Below the pieces are notes generated by a model, which was not told the origin of the DNA, did no database searches, and saw only the letters and a list, made by a program, of their open reading frames with translations. DNA of 64,000 bases, from positions 1 to 64,000 of the forward strand of contig CAVQRZ010000034.1 of the NCBI GenBank assembly GCA_963715335.1, written 5' to 3'. Made by a program: the position numbers and the translations under genes. Source of the stretch: an uncultured delta proteobacterium. GTDB taxonomy: Bacteria > Desulfobacterota > Desulfuromonadia > Desulfuromonadales > BM103. This document shows positions 51,080 through 59,873 of the stretch, piece after piece. The first letter of the stretch is position 1, and each line of letters opens with the position of its first letter.

Positions 51080-51729
51080 TTGGATGCTGACAAATTTCAG
51101 CCAGACTTCAATGATAGGGAGGTCAACAAATGGTTCATCTGTTGACCTCCTAATTGGAGTTTGGAACTTTAAGTCAAAGCAAACCAGAACCCGGGGGTCG
51201 CGCCCCCCGACGGCGCCATACTCTTTTACTGGCCTAAAAGAGTATGCAGAAAAGGGCCTGCGCTGCGCTGGGCATGTCTGGCTCGGAATGGCGGCGACCT
51301 CAATGCAGAACGTTCTAAACGATCAAGAGGCTACGCTTCCCCCGCAGGAGCCGAGGCTCTTGAGAGCCTCTCCTTTCGTGGAGAGCTGTGCGTCGATAGA
51401 GGTTGTTTTGGCTTTTCCCTGGTAAATCACACGGCAAGGTCAGGCCCTTTGACACAGGGCCGGATCCCCATCACAGCAGGTTTTTGAAGTCACAGACATC
51501 CGGCAAAGGAGATGCCCTCCGCAAGGAGAAGGCACTTTTGCATACTTTTGTTGCCGGACAAAAGTATGGCGTCGGGCGGGACGCGACCCGCCGGTTTTGC
51601 ATTTAAGCTTTTAAGAATAAAGACAGAGTGCAACAGATTAACCCTCTGTTGACCGAGCTTCATAGAAACCGCATCTGCCAGTTAAAAAAAACAAACCCCG
51701 CATCACATGCAGGGTTTGTCAAAAATCTG
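51080..51729 (+). repeat. Copy D of the intergenic repeat (most complete ends)
   Basis: Leader ggatgctgacaaa, palindromes at 51118-51150 and about 51628-51654, tail cccgcatcacatgcagggtttgtcaaaaatctg shared with copy E. Confidence 0.92.
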
Positions 51730-51730
51730 C

Positions 51731-51763
51731 AGCAGGCCGGGAAAACCCTCCTGGCCTGCTTTT
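51731..51763 (-). terminator. Hairpin downstream of hisG
   Basis: AGCAGGCCGGGA..TCCTGGCCTGCT. Confidence 0.6.
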
Positions 51764-51784
51764 GTGAGCTTATGGCGATTGATT

Positions 51785-52660
51785 TCAAATAATTTTGTTC
51801 AGAGGGTATTCAACAATCCCTTCGGCGCCGAGTTCGAGAAGCTCTGAAACAATTTTGCGGACGTCGGTCTCGGACATAATGGTCTCGATGGAGACCCAGT
51901 CCGAATTGTACAGATGGGCGATCGTCGGCCGGTTGAGGCTCGGCAGCAGATTTGAGATTGCTTCAATCCGGTCGCCGGGGGCGTTCATCTTCAGGCCCAC
52001 CATCCCTTCTGCCCGTAACGCTGATTTCAACATCGTGTAAATTCGCTCGATTTTGGCCCGTTTCCACGGATCCTCCCAGGCTTCCTTGTTGGCGATCAGA
52101 ACCGGGACGGACTCCATCAGCTCACAAACGATGCGCAGGTTGTTGGCCTTGATCGTCGAACCAGTCTCGGTGACCTCGACAATTGCGTCGCAGAGCCCCT
52201 TGAGAATTTTCGCCTCTGTCGCTCCCCAGGAGAATTCGACATCGACCGGTATGTTCCTTTCCTCGAAGAACCGCTTGGTGAAACCGACCAGTTCCGTGGA
52301 AATGGTCGCCCCGGCGAGGTCTTCAGGTTTTTCCACGCTCGAGTCGGGACCTACGACCAGGACCCAGCGTGCCGGTCGGCGCGAGACCTTGGAATAGACC
52401 ATTTCACCAACCTCGACGACGTCGGAGTCGTTTTCCCTGACCCAGTCCCGGCCGGCGATGCCGACATCGAGTTTGCCGCGCTCGAGGACTTTGGCCATTT
52501 CCTGGGGGCGCACCAGGCTGCATTTCAACTCGTCATCATCGCTGGTCGGGAAGTAGCTGCGGGATGACACCTTAATTTTCCAGCCGGCCTTGGTGAACAG
52601 CTCAATCGTTGCCTGTTCCAGACTCCCCTTCGGAATGCCAAGCCTCAGTTCATTTGCCAT
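51785..52660 (-). CDS. hisG: ATP phosphoribosyltransferase (long form)
   Basis: [29 protein letters not shown]-terminal regulatory domain. Confidence 0.97.
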   Translation of the reverse strand: MANELRLGIPKGSLEQATIELFTKAGWKIKVSSRSYFPTSDDDELKCSLVRPQEMAKVLERGKLDVGIAGRDWVRENDSDVVEVGEMVYSKVSRRPARWVLVVGPDSSVEKPEDLAGATISTELVGFTKRFFEERNIPVDVEFSWGATEAKILKGLCDAIVEVTETGSTIKANNLRIVCELMESVPVLIANKEAWEDPWKRAKIERIYTMLKSALRAEGMVGLKMNAPGDRIEAISNLLPSLNRPTIAHLYNSDWVSIETIMSETDVRKIVSELLELGAEGIVEYPLNKII

Positions 52661-52676
52661 GATTAAACCTCGTAAC

Positions 52677-52756
52677 AGCTGAAAGCCATAAGCTGCCAGC
52701 AGTAAGTATCGTTAAAAGTTATCCTTAGAGCTAGGCTCTGAAAGCTGACAGCTCTA
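52677..52756. repeat. Short heptamer-periodic (AGCNNNN) imperfect palindrome between hisI and hisG
   Basis: agctgaa-agccata-agctgcc-agcagta ... agctagg-ctctgaa-agctgac-agctcta. Confidence 0.55.
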
Positions 52757-52758
52757 CC

Positions 52759-53145
52759 TTATTTCTTCTTGTAGACCTCATCAGGGTCGAAGAGGGGATT
52801 GGAATGTTCCACCCACTGCTTGTCTTCCCAGCGCACGTAGAAACAGCTGCGGTTGCCGGTGTGACAGGCGGCCGGGCCGTTTTGCTTTACTTTAATGACG
52901 ACGGTGTCCGCGTCGCAATCGGTCAGTATCTCAACAACGTCCTGGGTATTACCGGATTCTTCACCTTTCATCCAGTACTTGTTGCGGCTGCGACTGTAAA
53001 ACCAGGTCTTGCCGTCACGCAGGGTGTTGGCGAGGGTCTTCTCGTCCATGAAGGCGACCATCAGCACTTCGCCGTTTTCGTGGTCCTGAATTACGGCGGG
53101 GATCAATCCGCCCATTTTTTCGAAATTGATTTGTGTCACTTTCAT
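52759..53145 (-). CDS. hisI: Phosphoribosyl-AMP cyclohydrolase
   Basis: [37 protein letters not shown]. Confidence 0.97.
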   Translation of the reverse strand: MKVTQINFEKMGGLIPAVIQDHENGEVLMVAFMDEKTLANTLRDGKTWFYSRSRNKYWMKGEESGNTQDVVEILTDCDADTVVIKVKQNGPAACHTGNRSCFYVRWEDKQWVEHSNPLFDPDEVYKKK

Positions 53146-53168
53146 GTACCTCCGGGGAAATTTGCGAA

Positions 53169-53197
53169 AGCCTACAACCTCGCCGGGACACTGTCAA
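53169..53197 (-). promoter_or_regulatory. Putative sigma70 promoter of hisI-hisG
   Basis: TTGACA-17 nt-TAGGCT on the minus strand. Confidence 0.6.
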
Positions 53198-53461
53198 CCG
53201 TTTGCTTAAGGCTCTCTGGGTGGCCGGCCTTCCGCTAGCGAGAGAATTGCCGGAGTCGCGGACCTGCGCTTGTTACTGTTCGTGTCGGCTATAATGGTGC
53301 TGCTTCAGGAGAGATTCTGGCAATGGAGGCCGCCTTAATCGGCGGCAAAGTTGCGTTGAGGGTTATGGGATGTCCTTGCAAACGGCATGTTCCGAGCATA
53401 CCACGGCACGCTGTTCTTTCCAGTTTAAGCAGTCAGAAGGGGAAGGGGGATTCCACTTAGT

Positions 53462-54592
53462 TCAGTCGGCACTGATGAATTGACCGTTGGCAATGCGGGC
53501 GAGATGGAGTCTCGGATGCCTGAGTTCACCGAAACGATCAAGGGCCAGGTTTGATTGCAGGCCTCTGAAGTCTTGCATGCCCAAAAGGAGGCTGCGAACC
53601 GCTTCCGGGTCGATGCTTTTCTGCATGGCCGTCAGGACCATGCGGGTTGCGTCGTATGCGTGCATGGCGGGGAAGTTCGGCATGGTACGGAAACGGTTTT
53701 CATAGCTTTTGACAAACTCCTGCATTGCCGCTCCAGGGTCCTGTGGGTCAGCGCTCTGGATAATGGTGAGCCCCTCAACGCTTTTGCCGCCGAACTGGAA
53801 CAGGTCGTCGGAATATGACCAGCCTGTTGCATAGCGCGGCGGCTCGGCACCCAGCTTGGTTAGCTGCTGGCAGATCATGGCCGTGTCGACAGCATTGGCG
53901 AGGAACAAAATCCCGTCCGACTTCGCTTCCACCGCTTTGCGTGCGAGATCGAGATAGAAGGTGTCTGTGCGGATGTCGAAAGGAATCCTGGTGATCTTGG
54001 AAAAGGAGTCCTTTTCGAGGACATCCTGAAAATATTGTACCCAGTCCTCGGTGTAGGCGCGATTGCCGAGATCGTAAATGACCACAATGTGGCGAGGCTG
54101 CCCTCCGGCGCTCAAATGTTTGGCGAGGAGTTGTGCCGCCTGGGCATTGGTGTAATACACTCGGAAAAAATAATCGTCGATCCCGCTCAATTCGTTGGTG
54201 CTGACCGTCGGGCTGACCAGGGGGATTTTCAGGCGGTTGATCGCTGGGCCGATTGTGACGGCTGTCTGACTGGTCATCGGCCCGATAATCGCCGCAACCT
54301 GTGCGTTGGCAAGCTCGTGGATGGCATGCAGGGCCGTCTCCTTGTGCATGCGGGCGTCGACAACCAGCCCTTCGACCTGACGGCCATTAATCCCGCCACG
54401 GGCGTTGGCTTCCTCGATGGCCAGAAGGAAGCCGTCGCGGCCGGATGTCGCCAGGCCTGCCGCACGAGTGGTCAATTCACCAATGAAGCCGATACGCACC
54501 GGCTTTGGCTCCTCGCAGCCTGACTGCAGGGCAAAAACCAGGGCCAGGGTCATGACGATGAGTGATCGAGAAATTGAGTTCGACAGGCTCAT
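53462..54592 (-). CDS. Branched-chain amino acid ABC-type substrate-binding protein (LivJ/K-like), orphan
   Basis: VRIGFIG, NARGGINGR, IIGPMTS, YFFRV, AYDA; lipobox-like QSGC. Confidence 0.88.
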   Translation of the reverse strand: MSLSNSISRSLIVMTLALVFALQSGCEEPKPVRIGFIGELTTRAAGLATSGRDGFLLAIEEANARGGINGRQVEGLVVDARMHKETALHAIHELANAQVAAIIGPMTSQTAVTIGPAINRLKIPLVSPTVSTNELSGIDDYFFRVYYTNAQAAQLLAKHLSAGGQPRHIVVIYDLGNRAYTEDWVQYFQDVLEKDSFSKITRIPFDIRTDTFYLDLARKAVEAKSDGILFLANAVDTAMICQQLTKLGAEPPRYATGWSYSDDLFQFGGKSVEGLTIIQSADPQDPGAAMQEFVKSYENRFRTMPNFPAMHAYDATRMVLTAMQKSIDPEAVRSLLLGMQDFRGLQSNLALDRFGELRHPRLHLARIANGQFISAD

Positions 54593-54704
54593 GCAGGAAA
54601 AAATACCATCTAGCGGGATTTTGTGCAAGATACTCCCATGGTTAACCGGAGTATAGCCGCTGCTGTAACAGCGCCCCCGGTTTGCTTAGCCGGTACCGCC
54701 GTGG

Positions 54705-55274
54705 TCAGAAAGCCTTTTCCAGCACGATGTAGATAAAAATGGTTGGGAAAAGCGTCAGACTGACGCCGACAAGAGCATTGAGGCCCATGCAGATATTCAT
54801 CAAGACCTTGTCCTTGAGAATCTCTTCGCCGGTGGCCAATTCCACATACCCGACCGGGAACGGGAACCCACAGTAAAGCCGAGACTTGCTGCCATGGTAG
54901 ATGTGTGTGGCCAGCTTGAAGCCGAGGATAAAGCCTGCTGCCATCGAACCGAAGGCGAGCAACAGCAGCAGCCCTTTGAAGCCGTGGTCGCCATGCAAGA
55001 TCCGGTACAGGCCGGTAACATTGAAATAGGTGACGATCAGGGCATTGAAAAGCGTTAACCTGCGGGCGGCGGCCCAGAAGTTGTAAGGACGCATCCATCG
55101 GCAACGTCGCCGCTGCAGTTTCTGCGCGATCTCTGCCCTGGTCAGGCCGCGCTCCAGAAGCACCCGGATGATCGATTCCGAATCAATATCATCGTTGTCG
55201 ACCATGAGATCGAGCAGATAGCTGGAGGGCAGGTCGCGAAGCTGGTCGAGATATTTCGGTTCAGCGCTAATCAC
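54705..55274 (-). CDS. Hypothetical membrane protein
   Basis: 189 aa with three hydrophobic segments, co-oriented with the HIT gene. Confidence 0.7.
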   Translation of the reverse strand: MISAEPKYLDQLRDLPSSYLLDLMVDNDDIDSESIIRVLLERGLTRAEIAQKLQRRRCRWMRPYNFWAAARRLTLFNALIVTYFNVTGLYRILHGDHGFKGLLLLLAFGSMAAGFILGFKLATHIYHGSKSRLYCGFPFPVGYVELATGEEILKDKVLMNICMGLNALVGVSLTLFPTIFIYIVLEKAF

Positions 55275-55293
55275 GGGTCCTCAAAAAACTCTC

Positions 55294-55740
55294 TCAGCAC
55301 ACTCTGGGCGCCACCGGGCCGTTGGCGTCGGGCACAAAGTCATGCAGGTGCTCGATCAGGTTGGCGCAGGTCTCCTGCAGGGCTCTCGGCGAGTAAGGTT
55401 GTGCCGGGAACAGCCCCCAGACAGGGTTCGGCCAGGCCTGGTCCGATCGGTAACGGACGATATGGTGGATATGCAGCTGCGGGACCATGTTGCCCAACGC
55501 TGCTATGTTGAGCTTGTCCGCCTCGAATATCCTGGCCAAGACCATGGCCAGCTGGGACGATTCCTTCAGCAGCTGGACCTGGTCGTTCTGTTCCAGTTCA
55601 AATATTTCGCGAATCTCGGCCCGGCGGGGGACCAGGATAAACCAGGGATAGCCGGTGTCGTTCATCAGCAGGAGGCGACTGAGCGGAAAGTCGCCGATAA
55701 CCAGAGTGTCCTGGGCCAGCTTTGGATGCAGTTCAAACAT
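55294..55740 (-). CDS. HIT family hydrolase
   Basis: MFELHPKLAQDT, YPWFILVP, LGNMVPQLHIHH, AWPNPVWG. Confidence 0.92.
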   Translation of the reverse strand: MFELHPKLAQDTLVIGDFPLSRLLLMNDTGYPWFILVPRRAEIREIFELEQNDQVQLLKESSQLAMVLARIFEADKLNIAALGNMVPQLHIHHIVRYRSDQAWPNPVWGLFPAQPYSPRALQETCANLIEHLHDFVPDANGPVAPRVC

Positions 55741-55757
55741 GTTTCGCCTTCCGTGAT

Positions 55758-56453
55758 TTACGTTGTGGGCAAAGATCCGGAGATGCGCAGCAGGAACTCT
55801 TGATCTAGTCGTTCTGTGGCCAGGATCTTCCTGGCCTGCCGTGCCGCGGCGACGCCGCGTTGGCTCAGTTGATACTTCTGCTCGAGCCAGACCATAGCGG
55901 CAAGGTTGCCCGATAGTGCCCAGCCTTGTTCCCGCTGCATGGTCTCGAGCCACTGGTCTTCCATGTCGCGCCCGAAGTCCTGTGTGGCGGCAACAAAATG
56001 GGTCGGCCAGGCAACGACCTGCGGATCAAGACTGCTTTCATACGCATGTTTGTCCCATGTGTCCAGCTCGGAAAAATCGACGGTACACCAGCTTGCAGGC
56101 CGTGTCGAAAGCAGCGCCCGGCAGGAAAGAGGCCGGATCGCGTAGATCGAGCAATTGTTCTGGCCATCGAGAAAAGGGCAAGGGCCGACAGATTGACGAT
56201 GACTTTTGAGATAGCCTCGCAGATCATTCACCGTCTGGAGCACTTGCTTCAGCCGACTGATATAGGCCGATAATTGCGTCGTCTGTGCTTGAGAGAGCTT
56301 GCCGGCGATCCGAACCGCCTCGGGAAACGTCGCATGCACTGCCAGCAGGCAGCAGCCGGCGCAGCCCGCGCGACAATAGATCGTCTTGCCGAGAGCACTG
56401 TAGTCTGTGAGCCACTGGTCAACGAACCTGTTGAATTGCCGATGTTGACGCAC
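55758..56453 (-). CDS. YkgJ-family cysteine-cluster protein
   Basis: CRAGCAGCC, CPFLD...CSIYAIRPLSCR; GTG start after GGAGG (start uncertain). Confidence 0.85.
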   Translation of the reverse strand: MRQHRQFNRFVDQWLTDYSALGKTIYCRAGCAGCCLLAVHATFPEAVRIAGKLSQAQTTQLSAYISRLKQVLQTVNDLRGYLKSHRQSVGPCPFLDGQNNCSIYAIRPLSCRALLSTRPASWCTVDFSELDTWDKHAYESSLDPQVVAWPTHFVAATQDFGRDMEDQWLETMQREQGWALSGNLAAMVWLEQKYQLSQRGVAAARQARKILATERLDQEFLLRISGSLPTT

Positions 56454-56818
56454 GCGAATTCCTCCGATTGCAATCTGGTCTGGCGGGCATTTTGGCAAAC
56501 GTCTGGAATATATGCTTATCCGTATTTTAAGTTAAGGAGAAAAGAGGTCAATAGGTGAAGTAAAAATCTCCGGTTTTGCCTGAGTCCTCGCGTAGCCTGT
56601 GGACTTAACCCTTGCAATTGGCCGAATAGCTGGTTTAATTAGGAAAATATCTCAGAAGTCTGTATCCGGTTATTTGGTTTGAAAAACAAGTTGAACAGAT
56701 AGCTTTGATGTCGCACCGCACAGGCAGTCGGGCCCGTGCGGTATTCTTGTTTTCAGGCAGGCTCTCCGGATACACCCAAACAGAGCTCAAAGGCTTGAGC
56801 AGAAAAAGGAGACGCAGC

Positions 56819-57019
56819 ATGGCTGAAGGTACTGTGAAATGGTTTAATGATGCTAAGGGGTTCGGGTTCATTTCCCAGGATAATGGGCCGGATGTTTTCG
56901 TTCATTTTTCCACAATTCAGGGGGATGGTTTCAAGTCTCTGGCTGAGGGTGAGCGCGTCACCTTCGACGTTGAAGACGGCCCCAAGGGGCTACAGGCTTC
57001 AAACGTTAAAAAAGCCTGA
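56819..57019 (+). CDS. cspA: Cold-shock protein
   Basis: [26 protein letters not shown]. Confidence 0.95.
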   Translation: MAEGTVKWFNDAKGFGFISQDNGPDVFVHFSTIQGDGFKSLAEGERVTFDVEDGPKGLQASNVKKA

Positions 57020-57039
57020 GCTTGTTGACCAATCAATTG

Positions 57040-57074
57040 AACGGGCCGCGCAGAGTTCTGCGCGGCCCGTTTTT
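57040..57074. terminator. Terminator between csp and pabBC
   Basis: AACGGGCCGCGCAGA-gt-TCTGCGCGGCCCGTT long perfect stem with T-tract. Confidence 0.85.
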
Positions 57075-57086
57075 ATGCCAGCCTTT

Positions 57087-58820
57087 TCAGTCAGGTAAAA
57101 GCTCCGCCCGTCGCCATTTCCGGACCGCATTGACCAGGTAGATACGGGCCGATTTCCCCAGGTCTTCTCTGCTGACAAGCTCTTCCTTGATTACCCCGCG
57201 CCGGAGCAGAAATCCGCGATAAGTCCCCGGCAACAGGCCGCATGTCACCGGCGGTGTAACCAGCGTGCCATTTTTTTCAACGATCAGGTTAGCCGTGCTG
57301 CATTCAGTTACCTCTCCCCGTTCGTTCCAGAGCACGACTTCATCAGCATCATCCAAGCCGGCCAGCGAGCTTTCGTAAATCTCGCGTCGGGTGGTCTTGT
57401 GGAAGAGCAGGATAGCTTGTGAATCAACAGCGTGCCGTGCGAAGCGTAGTTTTAGTGAGGCGGGCGGGACCACGTCAAGCGGCGTGCATGTTCCTTCCAG
57501 GCGCCCGTCCGAATGCAGCAAGAGCCTGACTCTCTGCGGTGCAGGAGGGAAGCCTTCGGCCAACTTCTGCAGGGTGCTGTTGACTCGTTCGGGTGAGCAG
57601 GGGTAACCGAAATACTCTGCGGAAGCCTGCAGGCGCGCCAGATGCTCAGGCAGGACAAAGTAGCCCTTGCCAGGGGCCCAACGCAAGGTTTCGATCAGGG
57701 CGAAATCCCGGTTCGGATGCGACAGGACGGCTGCCTTGTCGAGGCATTCCCGGTATTCGTCATCGCCAACTGAATCCCAGGTGATACCGGCCCCGACACC
57801 ATAGCTGGCCCGTCCGTGCTGACGGTCGAACAGCGCGGTGCGGATGGCAACGTTGAAGCGGGCCTGCCGCCCCGGTTTCAGCCAACCGATGGCCCCGGTG
57901 TAGATGCCGCGCGGTGCGGATTCGATGGCTGCGATGATCTCCATGGTCTTCGCCTTTGGTGCCCCGGTGATTGAGGCACAGGGGAACAGCGCCCGAAAAA
58001 TCTCCGCCAGTGAGGCCTCGCTGCGAGCTGTTGCCGTGGACGTCATCTGCCAGACCGTGGGGTACTTTTCCAGGGTGCAGATCGCCTCGGTGCGGACCTC
58101 TCCGGGCAGGGCCAGCCGTCCCAGGTCATTCCGCACCATGTCGAGGATCATGATGTTTTCCGCCCGGTTCTTGGCCGATTTGCCGAGGGCTATGGCTTGC
58201 AGGGCATCCTCTTCGGAAGTTCGGCCACGGCGCATGGTCCCCTTCATGGGCCGCATCGTCAGCTGTTCGCCGTGCCTGGCAAAGAACAGTTCCGGTGAGA
58301 CCGAGCAGATCGCCCAGCGGGTACTCTGCAGGAAGCCTGCGCCGCCGGCTCCCTGACCCCGGGCGAGTTGGAGAAAAAACTGCCATGGGTCGCCACTGAA
58401 TTCAGCAGACAGCGGAAAAGTAAGGTTGACCTGGTAGGTTTCGCCGCAGGCTATGGCGGCATGAATTTTATCGACTTTCGCGTTAAACTCTCCGGCGTCT
58501 TCTGGCGCCTGCCAGTAGAGCGGCTCCAGGGCTTTTTCCTGTGTCGGCAGTTCGATCGCTTCAAGCGATGCAAACAGACCAAAGCGCAAAAGGGGGAAAT
58601 CCTCCGGAGCCCTGGTCCGCAGGGCGTCATCAAATGCCGCCGCAGCCTCATAGCTGACGAAGCCGGCGGCGTAGAGGCCCTCTTCCTCGACGCGTTTGTC
58701 GAGGTAATCGATGGTCGGCAAGACCTTGTCCAGCGCGTGAACTTCGATCTCTTCAAGCAGATTGCCGAAACGCAGCCATTTGTCTGATTCAGGATCATAA
58801 AGAACTGCGAGCGAGGGCAT
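57087..58820 (-). CDS. pabB: Aminodeoxychorismate synthase component I fused to class IV aminotransferase (ADC lyase)
   Basis: GETYQVN, SPELF, PMKGT, SITGAPK; C-terminal HKTTRR, NERGEVTE, GLLPGT. Confidence 0.93.
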   Translation of the reverse strand: MPSLAVLYDPESDKWLRFGNLLEEIEVHALDKVLPTIDYLDKRVEEEGLYAAGFVSYEAAAAFDDALRTRAPEDFPLLRFGLFASLEAIELPTQEKALEPLYWQAPEDAGEFNAKVDKIHAAIACGETYQVNLTFPLSAEFSGDPWQFFLQLARGQGAGGAGFLQSTRWAICSVSPELFFARHGEQLTMRPMKGTMRRGRTSEEDALQAIALGKSAKNRAENIMILDMVRNDLGRLALPGEVRTEAICTLEKYPTVWQMTSTATARSEASLAEIFRALFPCASITGAPKAKTMEIIAAIESAPRGIYTGAIGWLKPGRQARFNVAIRTALFDRQHGRASYGVGAGITWDSVGDDEYRECLDKAAVLSHPNRDFALIETLRWAPGKGYFVLPEHLARLQASAEYFGYPCSPERVNSTLQKLAEGFPPAPQRVRLLLHSDGRLEGTCTPLDVVPPASLKLRFARHAVDSQAILLFHKTTRREIYESSLAGLDDADEVVLWNERGEVTECSTANLIVEKNGTLVTPPVTCGLLPGTYRGFLLRRGVIKEELVSREDLGKSARIYLVNAVRKWRRAELLPD

Positions 58821-58825
58821 GGTGA

Positions 58826-59482
58826 TTATTCGAACTGGGCCCTGAATTTACGAAACTGCTGGCGAACCTCTTCCAGCTCATTGCGCAGTTCGGCAACCTC
58901 TGACGCAAGTCTGGCAAGCCTGTCGTCTTCGGCCTGGACCTGGATGCGTGCGGCTTCCGGAGTCGGGGGCGCGGCCTGCCCGATGTCCGGCTCACCGGCC
59001 AGCAGGTGCGCATACCGGTGTTCCTTGCGTCCCGGCTGACGCGGCAGGCGCACGACCAGCGGTGCCTCCCGGTCGGCAAGGTGCTGCAGCAACTCTTCGA
59101 CCGCTTGCAGGTCGCCCACGGTACACATCCGCTCGGCACGGGTGCGCAGTTCGCCGACGGTCTGCGGGCCGCGCAGCAGCAATTCGGCAAGAATGGCCTG
59201 TTCCTCAGGGTCAAGTCGCAACAGGCCATCCAGGTTGTGGCAATACTTAGCGGCACGCACGCCTTCAGCGGACTGATGGGCCAGCTGCTTGCGCCTCAGG
59301 TTGTCGAGAGCGCGGACCACGTCGGTTTCCGCCATTTGCATGATCGGGTCGCGGTTGGATTTCTGGTTGCAGGCATTGGTCAGGGCGTTGAGTGTCAAAG
59401 GGTAGTACTCGGGGGTGGCAAGGTCTTTTTCCACCAGGCAGCCGAGGACCCTGGCTTCGGTCTGGGTCAGGTCGAGTTCCAT
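58826..59482 (-). CDS. YceH / DUF480 family protein
   Basis: EARVLGCLVEK..TPEYYPLTLNAL..ACNQKSNRDP, LLLRGPQT.GEL. Confidence 0.93.
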   Translation of the reverse strand: MELDLTQTEARVLGCLVEKDLATPEYYPLTLNALTNACNQKSNRDPIMQMAETDVVRALDNLRRKQLAHQSAEGVRAAKYCHNLDGLLRLDPEEQAILAELLLRGPQTVGELRTRAERMCTVGDLQAVEELLQHLADREAPLVVRLPRQPGRKEHRYAHLLAGEPDIGQAAPPTPEAARIQVQAEDDRLARLASEVAELRNELEEVRQQFRKFRAQFE

Positions 59483-59743
59483 GTTGTTGTCCTTGTTAAA
59501 AACCGATGTTGAGTGCCCGTGCGTTGAGTGCGATTGCGCTTTTGCAGGATATGCAAGCCCGGCCCTGGTTGCAAGCCTGTTCGGTGCTGGTGCGTGAGCT
59601 TGCAGACGAATTCCGCACGGGTGGCAAGGGTTTGCTTGACATTCATGCGGTATTCCTGCTACTGTCCGTCAACTGTTGTCAATTCTTATGGCTTGTACCG
59701 CCGACAACAGAATGCTGTTCCAGGATTATAACGTAGTTATCGT

Positions 59744-59772
59744 ACGCCCCGGACTGTTTCGGGGCGTTTTTT
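59744..59772 (+). terminator. Terminator-like hairpin in the helicase leader
   Basis: ACGCCCCG...CGGGGCGT followed by a T-tract, about 100 nt upstream of the helicase ATG. Confidence 0.65.
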
Positions 59773-59873
59773 GTGCGCCATACTTTATCGAGAGCGCCTG
59801 AGCCCGTCAACGATGACCTGTTCCCCTGCCACGGTCCACTTCAATCCCGACGGGTTTTAAGTACAAGGAAGAT

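Noticed and set aside
11874..51654. GGGCAACAGAT..ATCTGTTGCCC palindromes as CRISPR repeats
   Set aside because: Only two per locus, about 500 bp apart with conserved sequence between them, dispersed, and no cas genes.
53200..53460. Intergenic stretch upstream of hisI with a + strand TATAAT (53290-53295); possible his attenuator or sRNA
   Set aside because: No His-rich leader peptide, no matching -35 and no clear terminator; the hisI promoter lies downstream of it.
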